A DNA stretch of 64,000 nt from a virus. The position numbers and the translations under genes are program-made. The stretch spans positions 1 to 64,000 of IMG/VR virus record IMGVR_UViG_3300028569_000023; one strand, given 5' to 3'. How positions within the stretch are numbered: position 1 is the stretch's first letter; each line of letters starts with the position of its first letter. Below are positions 45,675 through 56,737 of the stretch, piece by piece. The notes under the pieces were generated by a model. It worked only from the letters and a program-made list of their open reading frames with translations. It did not search any database and was not told where the DNA came from.

Positions 45675-47233
45675 TATTGTTTCCTCGGTTTAGCTCTAAG
45701 TTCTAGCAGTCGCTTTTTATTATCTTCATCGGAACGAGATTGAATTAATTCATTCACTTGTGTAGATACTGAACTATTAGATGTTTTAGGAGTTAATTCA
45801 TTTTGCATCGATTCTTCAAGTAGTAAAGGATCGAATTCTCCAAAACGTTCTTCTGGAATACCTCTTTGTTTCGCTATTGCTTTTAAAGGAGTAGTTCTTG
45901 TTTTATACTGCTGTTTAGCACTAGATTCTGTCTGTTTTGCTATATCTAGCACTCCTTGACGGAACGATGGGCTTAATAGAGCACTCGATCCAATTTTCTT
46001 CAATCTAATACCTGCTGATTCCAAAATAGACATTCCTTTTTGTGTCAATTCGATTTCGCTGTCCCGGACAGCAGATTCAGGATCTAATAGCTTAATGAAT
46101 TCATAGAGAATACTGACATCACGAGGTCCAGGATTGGCACCATTTCGAATAGCATCGAAGTTTTGTTCTATCGATTGTTTAGCTCTATTAACTTTTTGGT
46201 AAGGAGCGAATTCTTCAGCGGATCGTTTCTCTGCTACCGTAACAAATTTATCATGTCTATCTTTTACTTTTTGTTCAGCTTTATCTTCTCTAGCATCTCG
46301 ACGATCTTCGCGATTACCTATCATTTGTTCTAGTTGAAGTTGACGATTAAGTTCAGCATTTCGCTGTGCTTCGAATTGAGGTAAAAGTTCTTTTAAAACT
46401 TTACCGGAAACATCGCCTTTGATGTTATATCCTTTAGAGATAGCTATTTGTTTATACAATCTAGAAGCAGGACTTGTAGGATCATTGTCTTGCATTTCGA
46501 TATCAGCTTTAGCTCGTTGTTCTAAACGAACAGCATTTTCATCCATTAGTTTAGCAGCGGAGTCATCGATTTCGTATGTTCCACCAGCAATAGCTTTACC
46601 TAATTGACTACCCATACGAGTTAGAAGCGCATAATTACGTTGTTTATCTGCCTCGGATCGAGCAGTATCGGTTAGTTCTTGTTCGCTAGGACCTTCGCGA
46701 GTTCCGATGTCGATATCGATTGGATCGAATTTAAGTTCAGGCATTTCGAAATTACGTTCTAATGCTTTTTCTTCTACTTTTTGAGAAGAAGGAACTAGTG
46801 AGGTATCGTCAATTGTTTCAGGTTGTTTCTGTTCCGGAGCTTTATTCTCATCTGAACCCGCAGGTTTAGAAGCTTCACTGACATTTGGTTTATCGTCACG
46901 GAGCGCCGCGTATAGAGCTGCACCCGCTCCCGCTGCTAAACCTAATTTACCGCCGTGTTTGCCGAGAAAAGACATAAGTCCTGACTTAGGAATAGATTTA
47001 CCGCCGACGATCATAGCGTCGTCAATGACGCCGGGTGCACGTTTAGCAACAGGGACATCAGGTTTTGGATCGGGAACACGTTTAGAAGCGAGTACTTCTT
47101 CTAGAAGATTAGGATCTTCAGTTAAAAACGCACCAGCAGATTGACGAGCGGATTTAGGATCGAGCCCCAATCCTGTATTCTCGCTAATAGCTTGCACATA
47201 TGGGAATTTAGAGGGTTTTTTCGGTTTAGCCAT
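45674..47233 (-). CDS. Putative internal virion / ejection protein
   Basis: Helical; KLLDPESAVRDSE motif; position. Confidence 0.65.
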   Translation of the reverse strand: MAKPKKPSKFPYVQAISENTGLGLDPKSARQSAGAFLTEDPNLLEEVLASKRVPDPKPDVPVAKRAPGVIDDAMIVGGKSIPKSGLMSFLGKHGGKLGLAAGAGAALYAALRDDKPNVSEASKPAGSDENKAPEQKQPETIDDTSLVPSSQKVEEKALERNFEMPELKFDPIDIDIGTREGPSEQELTDTARSEADKQRNYALLTRMGSQLGKAIAGGTYEIDDSAAKLMDENAVRLEQRAKADIEMQDNDPTSPASRLYKQIAISKGYNIKGDVSGKVLKELLPQFEAQRNAELNRQLQLEQMIGNREDRRDAREDKAEQKVKDRHDKFVTVAEKRSAEEFAPYQKVNRAKQSIEQNFDAIRNGANPGPRDVSILYEFIKLLDPESAVRDSEIELTQKGMSILESAGIRLKKIGSSALLSPSFRQGVLDIAKQTESSAKQQYKTRTTPLKAIAKQRGIPEERFGEFDPLLLEESMQNELTPKTSNSSVSTQVNELIQSRSDEDNKKRLLELRAKPRKQ

Positions 47234-48369
47234 TACGCTTGTCCTAATCCTGCAATCGCTTTCTTGCGTTGTTCATCAGCGTCTTTAACTTCGAGATCTG
47301 CTGCTTTATTTACGAAATCTTCAGTTTTACGAGCGTCGGATTTAAAAAGACCAGCGTCGGACGCGAGACCTAATCCTTTACCCGCAATATCTCCTAACAT
47401 TCCCCACTTATTAGCGGAAGATTGTCCGGAAGCAGTAGCACGAGCAGCTGCGCCTGTTTTAAGATCAGCGAGGCGGCCTAATTGACCTGCTTTATTTTCG
47501 TACATAGTTTGTTCGGCTTGACGTTGACGTTCTTTTTCAGCATTAGACTGAACAACGTTACGATTAGAAGTTTGTTGAGCGTTCACTAAATTAGCACGCT
47601 CTGCTGCGTTTTTAGCATCGATGTTACGAGTTTGCATAGTTACGCTGTTTTGATATAACATTTGATTTCTAAGATCTTCTGCGTCAGCTTTCGCTTTATT
47701 AATATCGAATTCCTGACCCCTGATATTACCAGAAAGACTACCCATTTGTCCAGCGGCTTCTAGAGCACGTCTAGAAGCCTGTGCTGCGATATCCAGACCT
47801 GCGCTTCTTGAACGATTAGCTGATTGTTGACCAGCGTTTAAACGAGCAATAAGTTCTGCACCAGATCCGCCTTGGCCGCGTTGTTGCATATCCTGGATGA
47901 TCGATTGTTCTTGACCGCGAGTTTGTGCAGCTTGTTCATCTTGTAATTGAGCAAGTTCAGCGCGTTCTTCGGGACCTAAACCGCTCTGCGCTGCGCCTGA
48001 AAGGATTTCAAGAGCTTTACGTTGAGAAGAACCAAGGGAAGGGTCTTCTTGGATCTGAGCAGCTTTAGACATTTCAAGGTCTAGTTTTTGTTCTAGCTCT
48101 GGGGTATAAATACCTTCGACTTTAAATTGATCCAGCATAATCTCGCGGGCCAGATCTGGCCCTGCGCCTACTTCTTTAATAAGACGTTCGGCTTCCGCGT
48201 ATGCTGCTTCTGCTTTCTTTTTAGCGGAATTACCGCTAAATAGACCTACTATACCACCTAATAGGCCGCCTGCTACTGAACCTATAGCAGTCCCTACTCC
48301 AGGAACGATAGATCCTATTGCCGCACCTGCTTGTGCTCCGGTTGTACCGCCGCTGATTGCATCTGCCAT
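47233..48369 (-). CDS. Putative DNA pilot / ejection protein
   Basis: N-terminal Gly-zipper GAAIGSIVPGVGTAIG; Q/A-rich coiled coil. Confidence 0.7.
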   Translation of the reverse strand: MADAISGGTTGAQAGAAIGSIVPGVGTAIGSVAGGLLGGIVGLFSGNSAKKKAEAAYAEAERLIKEVGAGPDLAREIMLDQFKVEGIYTPELEQKLDLEMSKAAQIQEDPSLGSSQRKALEILSGAAQSGLGPEERAELAQLQDEQAAQTRGQEQSIIQDMQQRGQGGSGAELIARLNAGQQSANRSRSAGLDIAAQASRRALEAAGQMGSLSGNIRGQEFDINKAKADAEDLRNQMLYQNSVTMQTRNIDAKNAAERANLVNAQQTSNRNVVQSNAEKERQRQAEQTMYENKAGQLGRLADLKTGAAARATASGQSSANKWGMLGDIAGKGLGLASDAGLFKSDARKTEDFVNKAADLEVKDADEQRKKAIAGLGQA

Positions 48370-49859
48370 TAGAATGTACCTACTTTTCCTAGATTATTTA
48401 AATACTGTTTATACGCATCGACTGAATTGAGATTACCGTAGTTTGATGCTTTCTGACGCGTTTCATTGACTTTAGATCCAGCTAGGTCTAATGCTTCCTT
48501 TTGTAGCTTATTAGCCTGTACTATTAGACGGTCACGTTCCTTTTTATCACCGGGATATCTCTTATCTAATTTAGCGTAGATATCTCTGAGTTCAGGTTTT
48601 TGACTAGCAAAGAACTCTCGGTCTCCTGGGTTTTTATTATGTATTGCACTATTTTGTGCGGCTTTAGAATTGGTAATATAATGTTGTAAACGTTCTGCTT
48701 CTTTATTCAAGTTATTTTGTTCATTACGAGTACGGGATAAACCTTCGATACTTGATTTATCTTTTAGATCGGCAGTACTTTCTTTATATTGTCCAGCTTT
48801 ATCATAAGCACCGACTTCTTTACCGGATAGTTTCTGAAGCGCTTTAAGTTGAGCGGCTTTTTCTGGACTCATGAAAGACGAAACGTCAGAAAGAACGTCT
48901 TGTCCTTGTTGTTGTAAGTTCATAATCTTAGCAATTTGAGCACCTGCTTCAGGACCTGAAAGACCCGAATTCACTAGAGCGTCATACTGAGATGACATAT
49001 AGTCAGTATCTTCTTTACTAAGACCTAATTGTGATCCTATTTGTGAAATCTGTTCTTTACGACGATTATTATTGTTCAATCCTTTTTCATCAGGAGCAGA
49101 AAGAGCGCTTGCTGCTCCGGTCATTGCATTAGATTTAGCTAATTCGCGTTCTTGTGCTATTTTTTGAACACCTTCAGCTTCGGAGCTAATTCCAGTAATC
49201 CCTGTGTCTAAAGTATTCTTAGTTTGAGTACCGAATGTTTGATTTTCTGCGGCAGCTTGTTTAGCGGCACCTTCAGCTTGACCGATTTGTTGTTCAACTC
49301 CGCGAGATAGACCGCGTAATGCTCCAGATGCGGCTTGGATACGTTTAGCGTCTTGACCAAGAAGGAGAGCATCGGTGCGTTGAGTACCTTGTGTGTATTT
49401 AGAAGTAGGATTGAATTGCTGAAGAAGACCATATCGGCCTTGTTCAGTATTAGAACCACGAGCTAGTGTGTTAGCACGTTCTGCTTCATTTTTAAGTTCA
49501 TCTTGATTTCGTAGGGTCTTAGGACCTTGATATGTGCCCGAACTAAAGCGGCTGATAGCAGCTACGTCCTGATCATCGACATTACCAGTCGCTGCCTTAC
49601 CGATGATAGCATCACGTTGAGCGGCTTGTTCTTGTCCGAAAGCGTTTTGTTTTAAGTCTTGATTGAAACGATCAGCAGCATTAGCTGTTGCTTGTTGGAT
49701 ATTTTGTCCAGTTTGTTGAAGACTACCAGCGACAGCGGAACCTAATTGATTACCTTTATTGGCATCAATTACTTTATTTAAATTAGTAAACCCTGAACCT
49801 TTTTGCTTTTGTTTACGAGGATCTGAAGAACCTGGGTTTTGAGGAGGCATAATAGGCAT
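48369..49859 (-). CDS. Putative internal virion protein
   Basis: Q/A/N-rich helical protein in late cluster. Confidence 0.65.
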   Translation of the reverse strand: MPIMPPQNPGSSDPRKQKQKGSGFTNLNKVIDANKGNQLGSAVAGSLQQTGQNIQQATANAADRFNQDLKQNAFGQEQAAQRDAIIGKAATGNVDDQDVAAISRFSSGTYQGPKTLRNQDELKNEAERANTLARGSNTEQGRYGLLQQFNPTSKYTQGTQRTDALLLGQDAKRIQAASGALRGLSRGVEQQIGQAEGAAKQAAAENQTFGTQTKNTLDTGITGISSEAEGVQKIAQERELAKSNAMTGAASALSAPDEKGLNNNNRRKEQISQIGSQLGLSKEDTDYMSSQYDALVNSGLSGPEAGAQIAKIMNLQQQGQDVLSDVSSFMSPEKAAQLKALQKLSGKEVGAYDKAGQYKESTADLKDKSSIEGLSRTRNEQNNLNKEAERLQHYITNSKAAQNSAIHNKNPGDREFFASQKPELRDIYAKLDKRYPGDKKERDRLIVQANKLQKEALDLAGSKVNETRQKASNYGNLNSVDAYKQYLNNLGKVGTF

Positions 49860-49881
49860 TGTTCAATAATATCCTTATCTT

Positions 49882-49891
49882 ATAGTTGTTA
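49882..49891 (-). promoter_or_regulatory. Candidate late promoter motif TAACAACTAT
   Basis: Exact copies also at 57189-57198, 57861-57870 and 62142-62151, all just upstream of minus-strand genes. Confidence 0.65.
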
Positions 49892-49898
49892 ACTCGCG

Positions 49899-50324
49899 TT
49901 AGTTCCAAATCACTAGTTTTAAACGGTATTTTTGATTTGCTTGTAAACCGCTGATATTATTAAGCTGGAATTTACCTTGACTGTTTAGAGTCCAGGTTAC
50001 AAACGGTTGGGCCGTAGGATAAATGCTTGAATTATCAAGGTTTGTGGCATTTATTACCGAACAACCGATAATAGGAAGCTGAGTATCAGGCGTTACTGTA
50101 ATAGTCGTGGTAGGCTTACCGTTCGAATCCACAATAACATCCACGTCTTTAACAGTTGATGCCAGATTATCGGCAAGAGTGATCTTTTTCTTTAGAGCTT
50201 CATATAGAATCTCAAAGTTGATGTTTACAGTACTAGCAAGAGCATCAGCGAAATCCTGATACTCTTTTTGAAAGTCTGTTTTGTAGAGGCGACGAAATCC
50301 AGGGATTAAAATTTGACTACCCAT
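49899..50324 (-). CDS. Putative virion protein
   Basis: Follows nozzle-like gene. Confidence 0.65.
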   Translation of the reverse strand: MGSQILIPGFRRLYKTDFQKEYQDFADALASTVNINFEILYEALKKKITLADNLASTVKDVDVIVDSNGKPTTTITVTPDTQLPIIGCSVINATNLDNSSIYPTAQPFVTWTLNSQGKFQLNNISGLQANQKYRLKLVIWN

Positions 50325-50343
50325 CCTTTACTGATAAACACAA

Positions 50344-53300
50344 TTAGCTCCTATAAGCTCTTTCAGATTGACCAATTGAACCAGTTAGCGTGATCCCGTT
50401 AATCTTATAAACTTCACGAGCAACTGAGTGTTCATAACGTAATCTCATGAAACGACAACGTTGACATTGACGAGGTACATAAGTTCTAAATGGAGCAGCA
50501 TGTGAATTACCGCCGAAGAAACCGGAACCGAAATCTCCGTATCCAAATGCTCCGTTACCATCGCTATCGAATTGTACAGGGATAAACTCTGGAAGTAGAT
50601 CTGTGGCAAACGATAGAGTAGCACGAGTAAAAGCTCTATTCTCAAACATTACAGTTGACTCTCTAAGGTGCTTCCATCCAAGTGGATCTTGCATAGTGAT
50701 TGGAGAGTACTCAACAGTCGTATCGATAGATTCAAAAATAGTAATAGGTCCTTCGATAAAATCTAAGGCATAATTCAAGGTCAAGGTTTTAGTGACGCGA
50801 TTAACGTTTAATATCACTGCCTCTAGAGTCGTAACATTGTTTAGATATTGATAATTACTAAACGAAACCCCTGAATCGGAATTAAGTTTATTAATAATAG
50901 CATTGTAACATGTAGAGATATCGTTAAAGTTATTATCTAGAGTGATCCATGATAACGACCCGCTGATACCTACTGTCAAAACCTCTACGGGAATAGTGAA
51001 CGTATTAGCATCCAGTACTGTTACAGTGTGGATACCGTTTAGGCTAGGTGATGAATTACTACCTGAAATATCAATAACGCGTCCTGTTAATAGACCGTGA
51101 GAAGGAGCGGTAATAACAACGGGACTTGATTCTGTTATACCTGTAGTATTAGAAACTGTTCCTGATTTTGTAGAAATAACACTTTCGTAATCAGTAGCCA
51201 CCACGTTAGAATCTAGGTCTAGTTTTTGAGCAAGAGCTAATAGTTTAATACGCATATTGTTGTTAGCGATAGCCTTTAAACTTGAGAAATAATCATTTCC
51301 GCTAGGTCCTGTATCTAGATCTAACTTTTTCAAAAGCTGATTATATGAATATACAGTAACAATAGGTGTCTGAACTACTACGTCGCCTTCGTTGAAATCA
51401 GTAACTGAATTTAGGCGTAAGGTTTTATTAGCTTTAGTGTAACTAGCCGTTGCAATAGTTGCTGAATATTCACGATCCGCGTAATCAGTTCTATCGTAAT
51501 CTTTACGTTCTTGACGTATATAGTTCTCCACGGCTGAACCTAGATACATCAAATCGTCAACAGGGTTTATAATACCGCAAGTACTAGCTAGGTCAAGAGT
51601 GGTCCATGTTTGAGTTAATGTATGATAACGGTACGCTATAGCGGCGTAGGTATCTGATTTATTCTTAACTGTCCAAACTGTATAACTTTGATCAGAATCG
51701 TAAGCAACGCCAAATGTCGATGTCTTAAATCCAGGATATACGTTAGACGCAGTAGGAAGGATGAGATTATCGATAGCTCGACTAATAGGAGATACACCTG
51801 ATTCGGTAATTTGAACAATACCGCCGCGTTCCCATCCGAAAATAGAGTTCTCTAGAATAGCTAAAGAGTCAGGAGCGAGCAGTGTTGCAGACCCGTCGAA
51901 TAGAGTGACGTTAAACGGCGATACTTCTCCGGATAAACGGTAAATACCATCCCCTTTGAAGACGAATAGACTATCACGGAGTGCGAAGATTCGACTAATA
52001 GCTTGGTCTTTTGCTCCGATATCGATATAGTTAGCAATCGGCACCGCTTCAGGTTGCTGATACTTGGAATAGTAAAGGCGATTGCCACGATTTTCGTTAT
52101 CTGAGAATTCACTGTTTGTAGCAAGAGTTAGATATCCAACGGTTCCCGCTTCTGAAACTTGAGTATCGATAGTAAAAGTATTAGTTGTTGTGTTCTTTAC
52201 AACCCAAGGACCATCAATAGATGGAACAGAATTAGATCCAGTAATAAGAACAGTTTGACCGTTCTTAAATCCATGAGAAGTTGCTGTAATTTGAGCACTA
52301 GATGCAGTAGAGATAGCAGTAATTCCTAATTCTGCTGAAATATCAGGGCTAAATGTCGAACCAGTCGAAGCATCTCCGGCATTGACATAGAATGGAGTTT
52401 CATTGATATTCAAAGTACGAGACTCGAATAACATTTTACCTGCAACATCCTCCGCGCCTGATAGATAGTATCCATAAACAGTTTCGAGTTTGTTATTGTT
52501 TATAGCGTTAATTAAATTACGAGCCGTTTCATCGGTGGAGATAGAAGGAGATATTTCTGCTGATTTTTCAACAGTTAGAACTCCTAGTTGATCGACAACG
52601 TAGCTGAATGCAGGAGAAGATCCTGTTAAATTTGCACAAAATTTAGCATTCCCGATGCCGATATTCGTAATAGTAACATCATCTCCAGAATTAACGGCGA
52701 TGAATTCTTCGGAGATCTCAGAGTTCACTGCATTTTTAACGGCAGTCGCGATAGTAGCAGCGGTATCGTTTGTTAGGATATCGACTTGAATGCCAGTTAG
52801 ACCTGCGGGTGTTGGATTTGAACCAATTCCGCTTACTTTAAACCAAAGATAGTACGCTTTGCGATTAAAAGGAGAGTATAGAGTGAAAGCTTTACCTGCT
52901 AGACTTCCGGCAACATCTGCGACACATGTGATAGTCTGGATTTGTTCTGAGAGTTCTTGACCGATCCCGCGAGTTAGCACTGTGGCTGATAGAATATTGA
53001 CAGTTTGTACAATAGTTACAGGATCTGAATAACCGGATTCCGAGTTAGTAATAGTAACAGATCCAGAATAGTCCACACAGTTAAAATCGTTGATATACGG
53101 AGCTAGCCCTTGTGCGATTTTGGCACTAATTTCAGCAGTAGTGGTTACTGTGGAGATGTCAATACGAACACCGATATAACCAGCGGGAGTAGGATCTGTA
53201 GTACTTCCGGTATCATCGAACCATACTGCATATCTACGTAAGTTACCAGTTGAACTTAGTACGAAATAAGACGCATCTTCAATAAACATACTTAAACCAA

Positions 53301-55464
53301 TTGTCGTTGAACGAGCTTCGGCAAGGATAAAAGGATATAGATTGAATCCGCCATCCGTATTAGTTATACTAAATACAGACTTAGACCATGTTCCTAAAGT
53401 ACTACTGACTGCTCCTGTAGCTTCAATTGTGAAAGCATTAGCATTTAAAACCGTAACTTCATGATACCCATTTGCTGTATCATTTACGATACATCCTTGA
53501 ATGTAAACAACATCTCCGGTAGCAAGACCGTGATTTGTAGTAGCGACAGTGATCGTATCGAAACCTGACATCGCGCAACCTCTTCCGGATAAACGGACGG
53601 TTCCTAATAGATCTAGAAGTTTACGATGACGTGTTTTAGTATTTGAGAAAAAGGTGTACCCCTTGAATAGTGAAAGATCAGTAGCGAGAGGCGGTTGATC
53701 GTTTGCTTGTAAAATACCCTCTCCGCTATTAGCGTTAGTGTAAAGATTAGCGCCTCTAAATTCAGAAGGAGTGATGTCTTCAAATGCAACAACGCCTGCG
53801 TCGATTTCTGATTGCGCAACGAATCCTTCAAAAACAAGCTGAAGTTCATCCGATGGAACGAGATCCGTAAGAACATCCGTTCCGATAGCAGTTACTGTTT
53901 CAGAACGATAAACTTGATAGAAATAGCTAGTATTTACTTCTTCAGGAACTGTAATATACAAGATAACGTTAGCTGAAGTAGTAAGTGTAATAGGGTCAAT
54001 ATGTTCGGCACGTAATGTCGAATTAATAATAGCGCCGGGTTCTAGTTTTAGTAGGTTTAGGATTTCATCAACATATATTTGAATAGATTCTAGTTCTTGA
54101 TGATTAGGGATAACTCCTAATGCGATAGGTTGAGTAATGCCACGATAGTTAGCACTATCGATAGTTCCGAATGTGCTGGTAGAACTTGTTCCAGTTCCAG
54201 TCACGATAAAGGAAATAGTGGTAGAAGTGACGCCTGTTAAAGTACGAACTCCGTTGATTGATACAGAGTTTACAGTTCCGAACCCTTCTAGATTGATTTT
54301 ATTACCAGATACAAAATAATCAGAGAGAGTATAGTCATTGTTAAGCGTGATTGTCACTAGATCTGAACTCGAAGCTACAGAGGAAACATTAAAACGGACA
54401 ATGCTAGTATTACGTGTTGTGTTTTGGATATAACCAAAATCCGTAGTACTTCCGTTTGTTCCAACGTTTGCGAATGTGATACTATTAGCACCTACTCCGG
54501 TTAAAACAACACTTCCGTTGATAGAAGTTCCGGCGATTGTTCCGAATCCTGTTAGTACAACAGTTTCACCGATGGATGCAAAGTTTGTAGCAATACCATT
54601 AGCGAAAGTAATAGTAACATCGTTTGTTGTACGAGTAGCGGCTGAAACGTTTAAATTTACGTATTGAAGATCTTCATCGATCTTTGTAGCAAGAGCGATA
54701 GAAGCGGTTCTTAAAGTATCGGCGCTAGTATTAGAAAGAACACCTAAAGTGTTGTAGTAGTTACTGTCGTTTAATAAATATGTGTTACTATTGCCAGCTT
54801 TATCCAGCGCCACTAAAAGTCTGTTAAAATCTGTTAGAATAAGAGATAGAATAGGATTATAGATTTCATCACGTTCAGATGGCGATCCGAGAAGAAGATT
54901 CTCGTTTAAATCCTTATACCCCCAAACGACACGATATGCTACTGCGCTGTCTTGTGGGAGAAATCCTGATGAACTCCCGAGTTCGATATCAAGAGTCGGT
55001 TCGATGTCTAGGGCTTTAACTGCTCCGGAATTTACGATATAACCGGAATCAGAAGTTAGATCACTAGCTGTTTTTGCTGAGATCTTTTTGATACCATCGG
55101 CAGTTGTAAAATAGAAATTAGAGTTAGCCTCAATTCCTTTAATACGAAGACCATCTTCGACTTCGGAATATGAACCATTGAAAGCTGTGAAATTAGCAGC
55201 GCCGCTATTTGTTGTACCATCTTGGAATTCAAGAGTATTATTGAAATGTCTAAGAATTCTCTCTTTATAGACGAATAATTGCGTAGCCCTATCCGAAGAT
55301 GTACCAATTGGTGTTCCAAATAGTTTATGACCGCGCCGAGGTTCAATGACGTTATCACGACGGATAATGACGTTATTAGCCTGTTTTAGTGAACCATCTT
55401 GTTGGTTAATCTCGTTTGGTGATGTCTGAAGCCCTAATGCTGTAAGATAAACGGAACTTGACAT
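50344..55464 (-). CDS. Tail nozzle / tubular protein B-like with large beta-rich insertions
   Basis: N-terminal ANNV...IEPRRG; RLYYSK...PEAVP; repeated HG(L/F)xxG...G motifs; follows adaptor-like gene. Confidence 0.7.
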   Translation of the reverse strand: MSSSVYLTALGLQTSPNEINQQDGSLKQANNVIIRRDNVIEPRRGHKLFGTPIGTSSDRATQLFVYKERILRHFNNTLEFQDGTTNSGAANFTAFNGSYSEVEDGLRIKGIEANSNFYFTTADGIKKISAKTASDLTSDSGYIVNSGAVKALDIEPTLDIELGSSSGFLPQDSAVAYRVVWGYKDLNENLLLGSPSERDEIYNPILSLILTDFNRLLVALDKAGNSNTYLLNDSNYYNTLGVLSNTSADTLRTASIALATKIDEDLQYVNLNVSAATRTTNDVTITFANGIATNFASIGETVVLTGFGTIAGTSINGSVVLTGVGANSITFANVGTNGSTTDFGYIQNTTRNTSIVRFNVSSVASSSDLVTITLNNDYTLSDYFVSGNKINLEGFGTVNSVSINGVRTLTGVTSTTISFIVTGTGTSSTSTFGTIDSANYRGITQPIALGVIPNHQELESIQIYVDEILNLLKLEPGAIINSTLRAEHIDPITLTTSANVILYITVPEEVNTSYFYQVYRSETVTAIGTDVLTDLVPSDELQLVFEGFVAQSEIDAGVVAFEDITPSEFRGANLYTNANSGEGILQANDQPPLATDLSLFKGYTFFSNTKTRHRKLLDLLGTVRLSGRGCAMSGFDTITVATTNHGLATGDVVYIQGCIVNDTANGYHEVTVLNANAFTIEATGAVSSTLGTWSKSVFSITNTDGGFNLYPFILAEARSTTIGLSMFIEDASYFVLSSTGNLRRYAVWFDDTGSTTDPTPAGYIGVRIDISTVTTTAEISAKIAQGLAPYINDFNCVDYSGSVTITNSESGYSDPVTIVQTVNILSATVLTRGIGQELSEQIQTITCVADVAGSLAGKAFTLYSPFNRKAYYLWFKVSGIGSNPTPAGLTGIQVDILTNDTAATIATAVKNAVNSEISEEFIAVNSGDDVTITNIGIGNAKFCANLTGSSPAFSYVVDQLGVLTVEKSAEISPSISTDETARNLINAINNNKLETVYGYYLSGAEDVAGKMLFESRTLNINETPFYVNAGDASTGSTFSPDISAELGITAISTASSAQITATSHGFKNGQTVLITGSNSVPSIDGPWVVKNTTTNTFTIDTQVSEAGTVGYLTLATNSEFSDNENRGNRLYYSKYQQPEAVPIANYIDIGAKDQAISRIFALRDSLFVFKGDGIYRLSGEVSPFNVTLFDGSATLLAPDSLAILENSIFGWERGGIVQITESGVSPISRAIDNLILPTASNVYPGFKTSTFGVAYDSDQSYTVWTVKNKSDTYAAIAYRYHTLTQTWTTLDLASTCGIINPVDDLMYLGSAVENYIRQERKDYDRTDYADREYSATIATASYTKANKTLRLNSVTDFNEGDVVVQTPIVTVYSYNQLLKKLDLDTGPSGNDYFSSLKAIANNNMRIKLLALAQKLDLDSNVVATDYESVISTKSGTVSNTTGITESSPVVITAPSHGLLTGRVIDISGSNSSPSLNGIHTVTVLDANTFTIPVEVLTVGISGSLSWITLDNNFNDISTCYNAIINKLNSDSGVSFSNYQYLNNVTTLEAVILNVNRVTKTLTLNYALDFIEGPITIFESIDTTVEYSPITMQDPLGWKHLRESTVMFENRAFTRATLSFATDLLPEFIPVQFDSDGNGAFGYGDFGSGFFGGNSHAAPFRTYVPRQCQRCRFMRLRYEHSVAREVYKINGITLTGSIGQSERAYRS

Positions 55465-55474
55465 TTAACACTCC

Positions 55475-56737
55475 TTAAAAACGACGACTACGTGTGTATC
55501 TTAACATTGAATGACGGCCTGATAATTTCTTAGGAGAACCTTCGCTTCGATTATCCAATAATGAGATTTGCGATTGTTCATTCGCTCCGATTTTAGCTTT
55601 AAGTTCAGCAGCACCTTCGCGGTCCCCGATAGAAGCGAGCATTCGTTCAGCGGTTCTTTCGCAAAGAGTACTGTGTAGATCAGATGGTAATTGAGGAATG
55701 ATACACTCGTATGCATTACAAACGTAATCTCCTTTAACTACCGTATAAGGGATATGTTCCCAATTGAAAGTCATTTCGGTACCTTGAATATTAAGACACT
55801 CATTATCGTAACTTTTAGTTTTATGTCCACCTGACGTTTCAAGAATATCCATTAGTGAATTATTAGAAAATACTTCAGTATCGACACCTGCTGTGAAATT
55901 AAAGATAATATTATCCGAAACAGCAAATCCTGCTGTATTAGCGGAGCTTATGTTTTTCATTGTCATATCTGCGAAGTTCGAGGATTTAGGGACGATGAAA
56001 TTACCAATAAGCGTTGATGTTAATGTAATAACAGCGGAAGTACTCGCAGCAGTTAGTCCCGTAATCGAAGCCGCTGAAATAGCAGTGGATAGATTTGAAG
56101 CAGTTTGAGTATCTGATACTCCAATTGCGAAATCTACACCAGCCGTAAAGGTATTAGACCCAATATTGAATCTATCACCAGAAGCAATAGCAGAATCGTC
56201 AATCGAAACGGTTTGTTTAAAATTAGAAATAATAGCAGCACGAGAATCAGGAACTAATCCGTTAGGACGGAGATAAAAGCTCATTTGTAGATATCCAGTA
56301 GTCGTAAATTGACCTCCGGAATAAAGAACTACGTTGTTATTCTCGAAATAGAAAGACTTAGCCGAACTTGCAGTGTTACTATCGTAACTTTGGAAGAACA
56401 TTTTATCGTCAGGTGAAATACGAGTCATCTCATAGATATTACCTTGTTCATCTACATAGCTAATATCGCGAAGTTTAACGCCGATTGCTCGTTCAGGGAT
56501 GGGATACTTTGTTACATTGTTAACAAGAGGAATTAGTTTAGTATATACAAAGTATTCTTCATTGAACATCATGACACTAGGGACTTGTGCCACTTGCATT
56601 TCTTCGTCAGCGAATGCGAGAACGTCTGCTTCTGTGAACGTTGATTGATACAACGGCATTGATATCTTCCGCTTAACGGATTCAATAATTCCGTTCGTAC
56701 CGCTGGATGTTTTCCAGGGTGTTTTATTTTGGGCCAT
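55475..56737 (-). CDS. Head-tail adaptor / tubular protein A-like
   Basis: YPIPERAIG...LRD and PQLP...H motifs; upstream of nozzle. Confidence 0.65.
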   Translation of the reverse strand: MAQNKTPWKTSSGTNGIIESVKRKISMPLYQSTFTEADVLAFADEEMQVAQVPSVMMFNEEYFVYTKLIPLVNNVTKYPIPERAIGVKLRDISYVDEQGNIYEMTRISPDDKMFFQSYDSNTASSAKSFYFENNNVVLYSGGQFTTTGYLQMSFYLRPNGLVPDSRAAIISNFKQTVSIDDSAIASGDRFNIGSNTFTAGVDFAIGVSDTQTASNLSTAISAASITGLTAASTSAVITLTSTLIGNFIVPKSSNFADMTMKNISSANTAGFAVSDNIIFNFTAGVDTEVFSNNSLMDILETSGGHKTKSYDNECLNIQGTEMTFNWEHIPYTVVKGDYVCNAYECIIPQLPSDLHSTLCERTAERMLASIGDREGAAELKAKIGANEQSQISLLDNRSEGSPKKLSGRHSMLRYTRSRRF

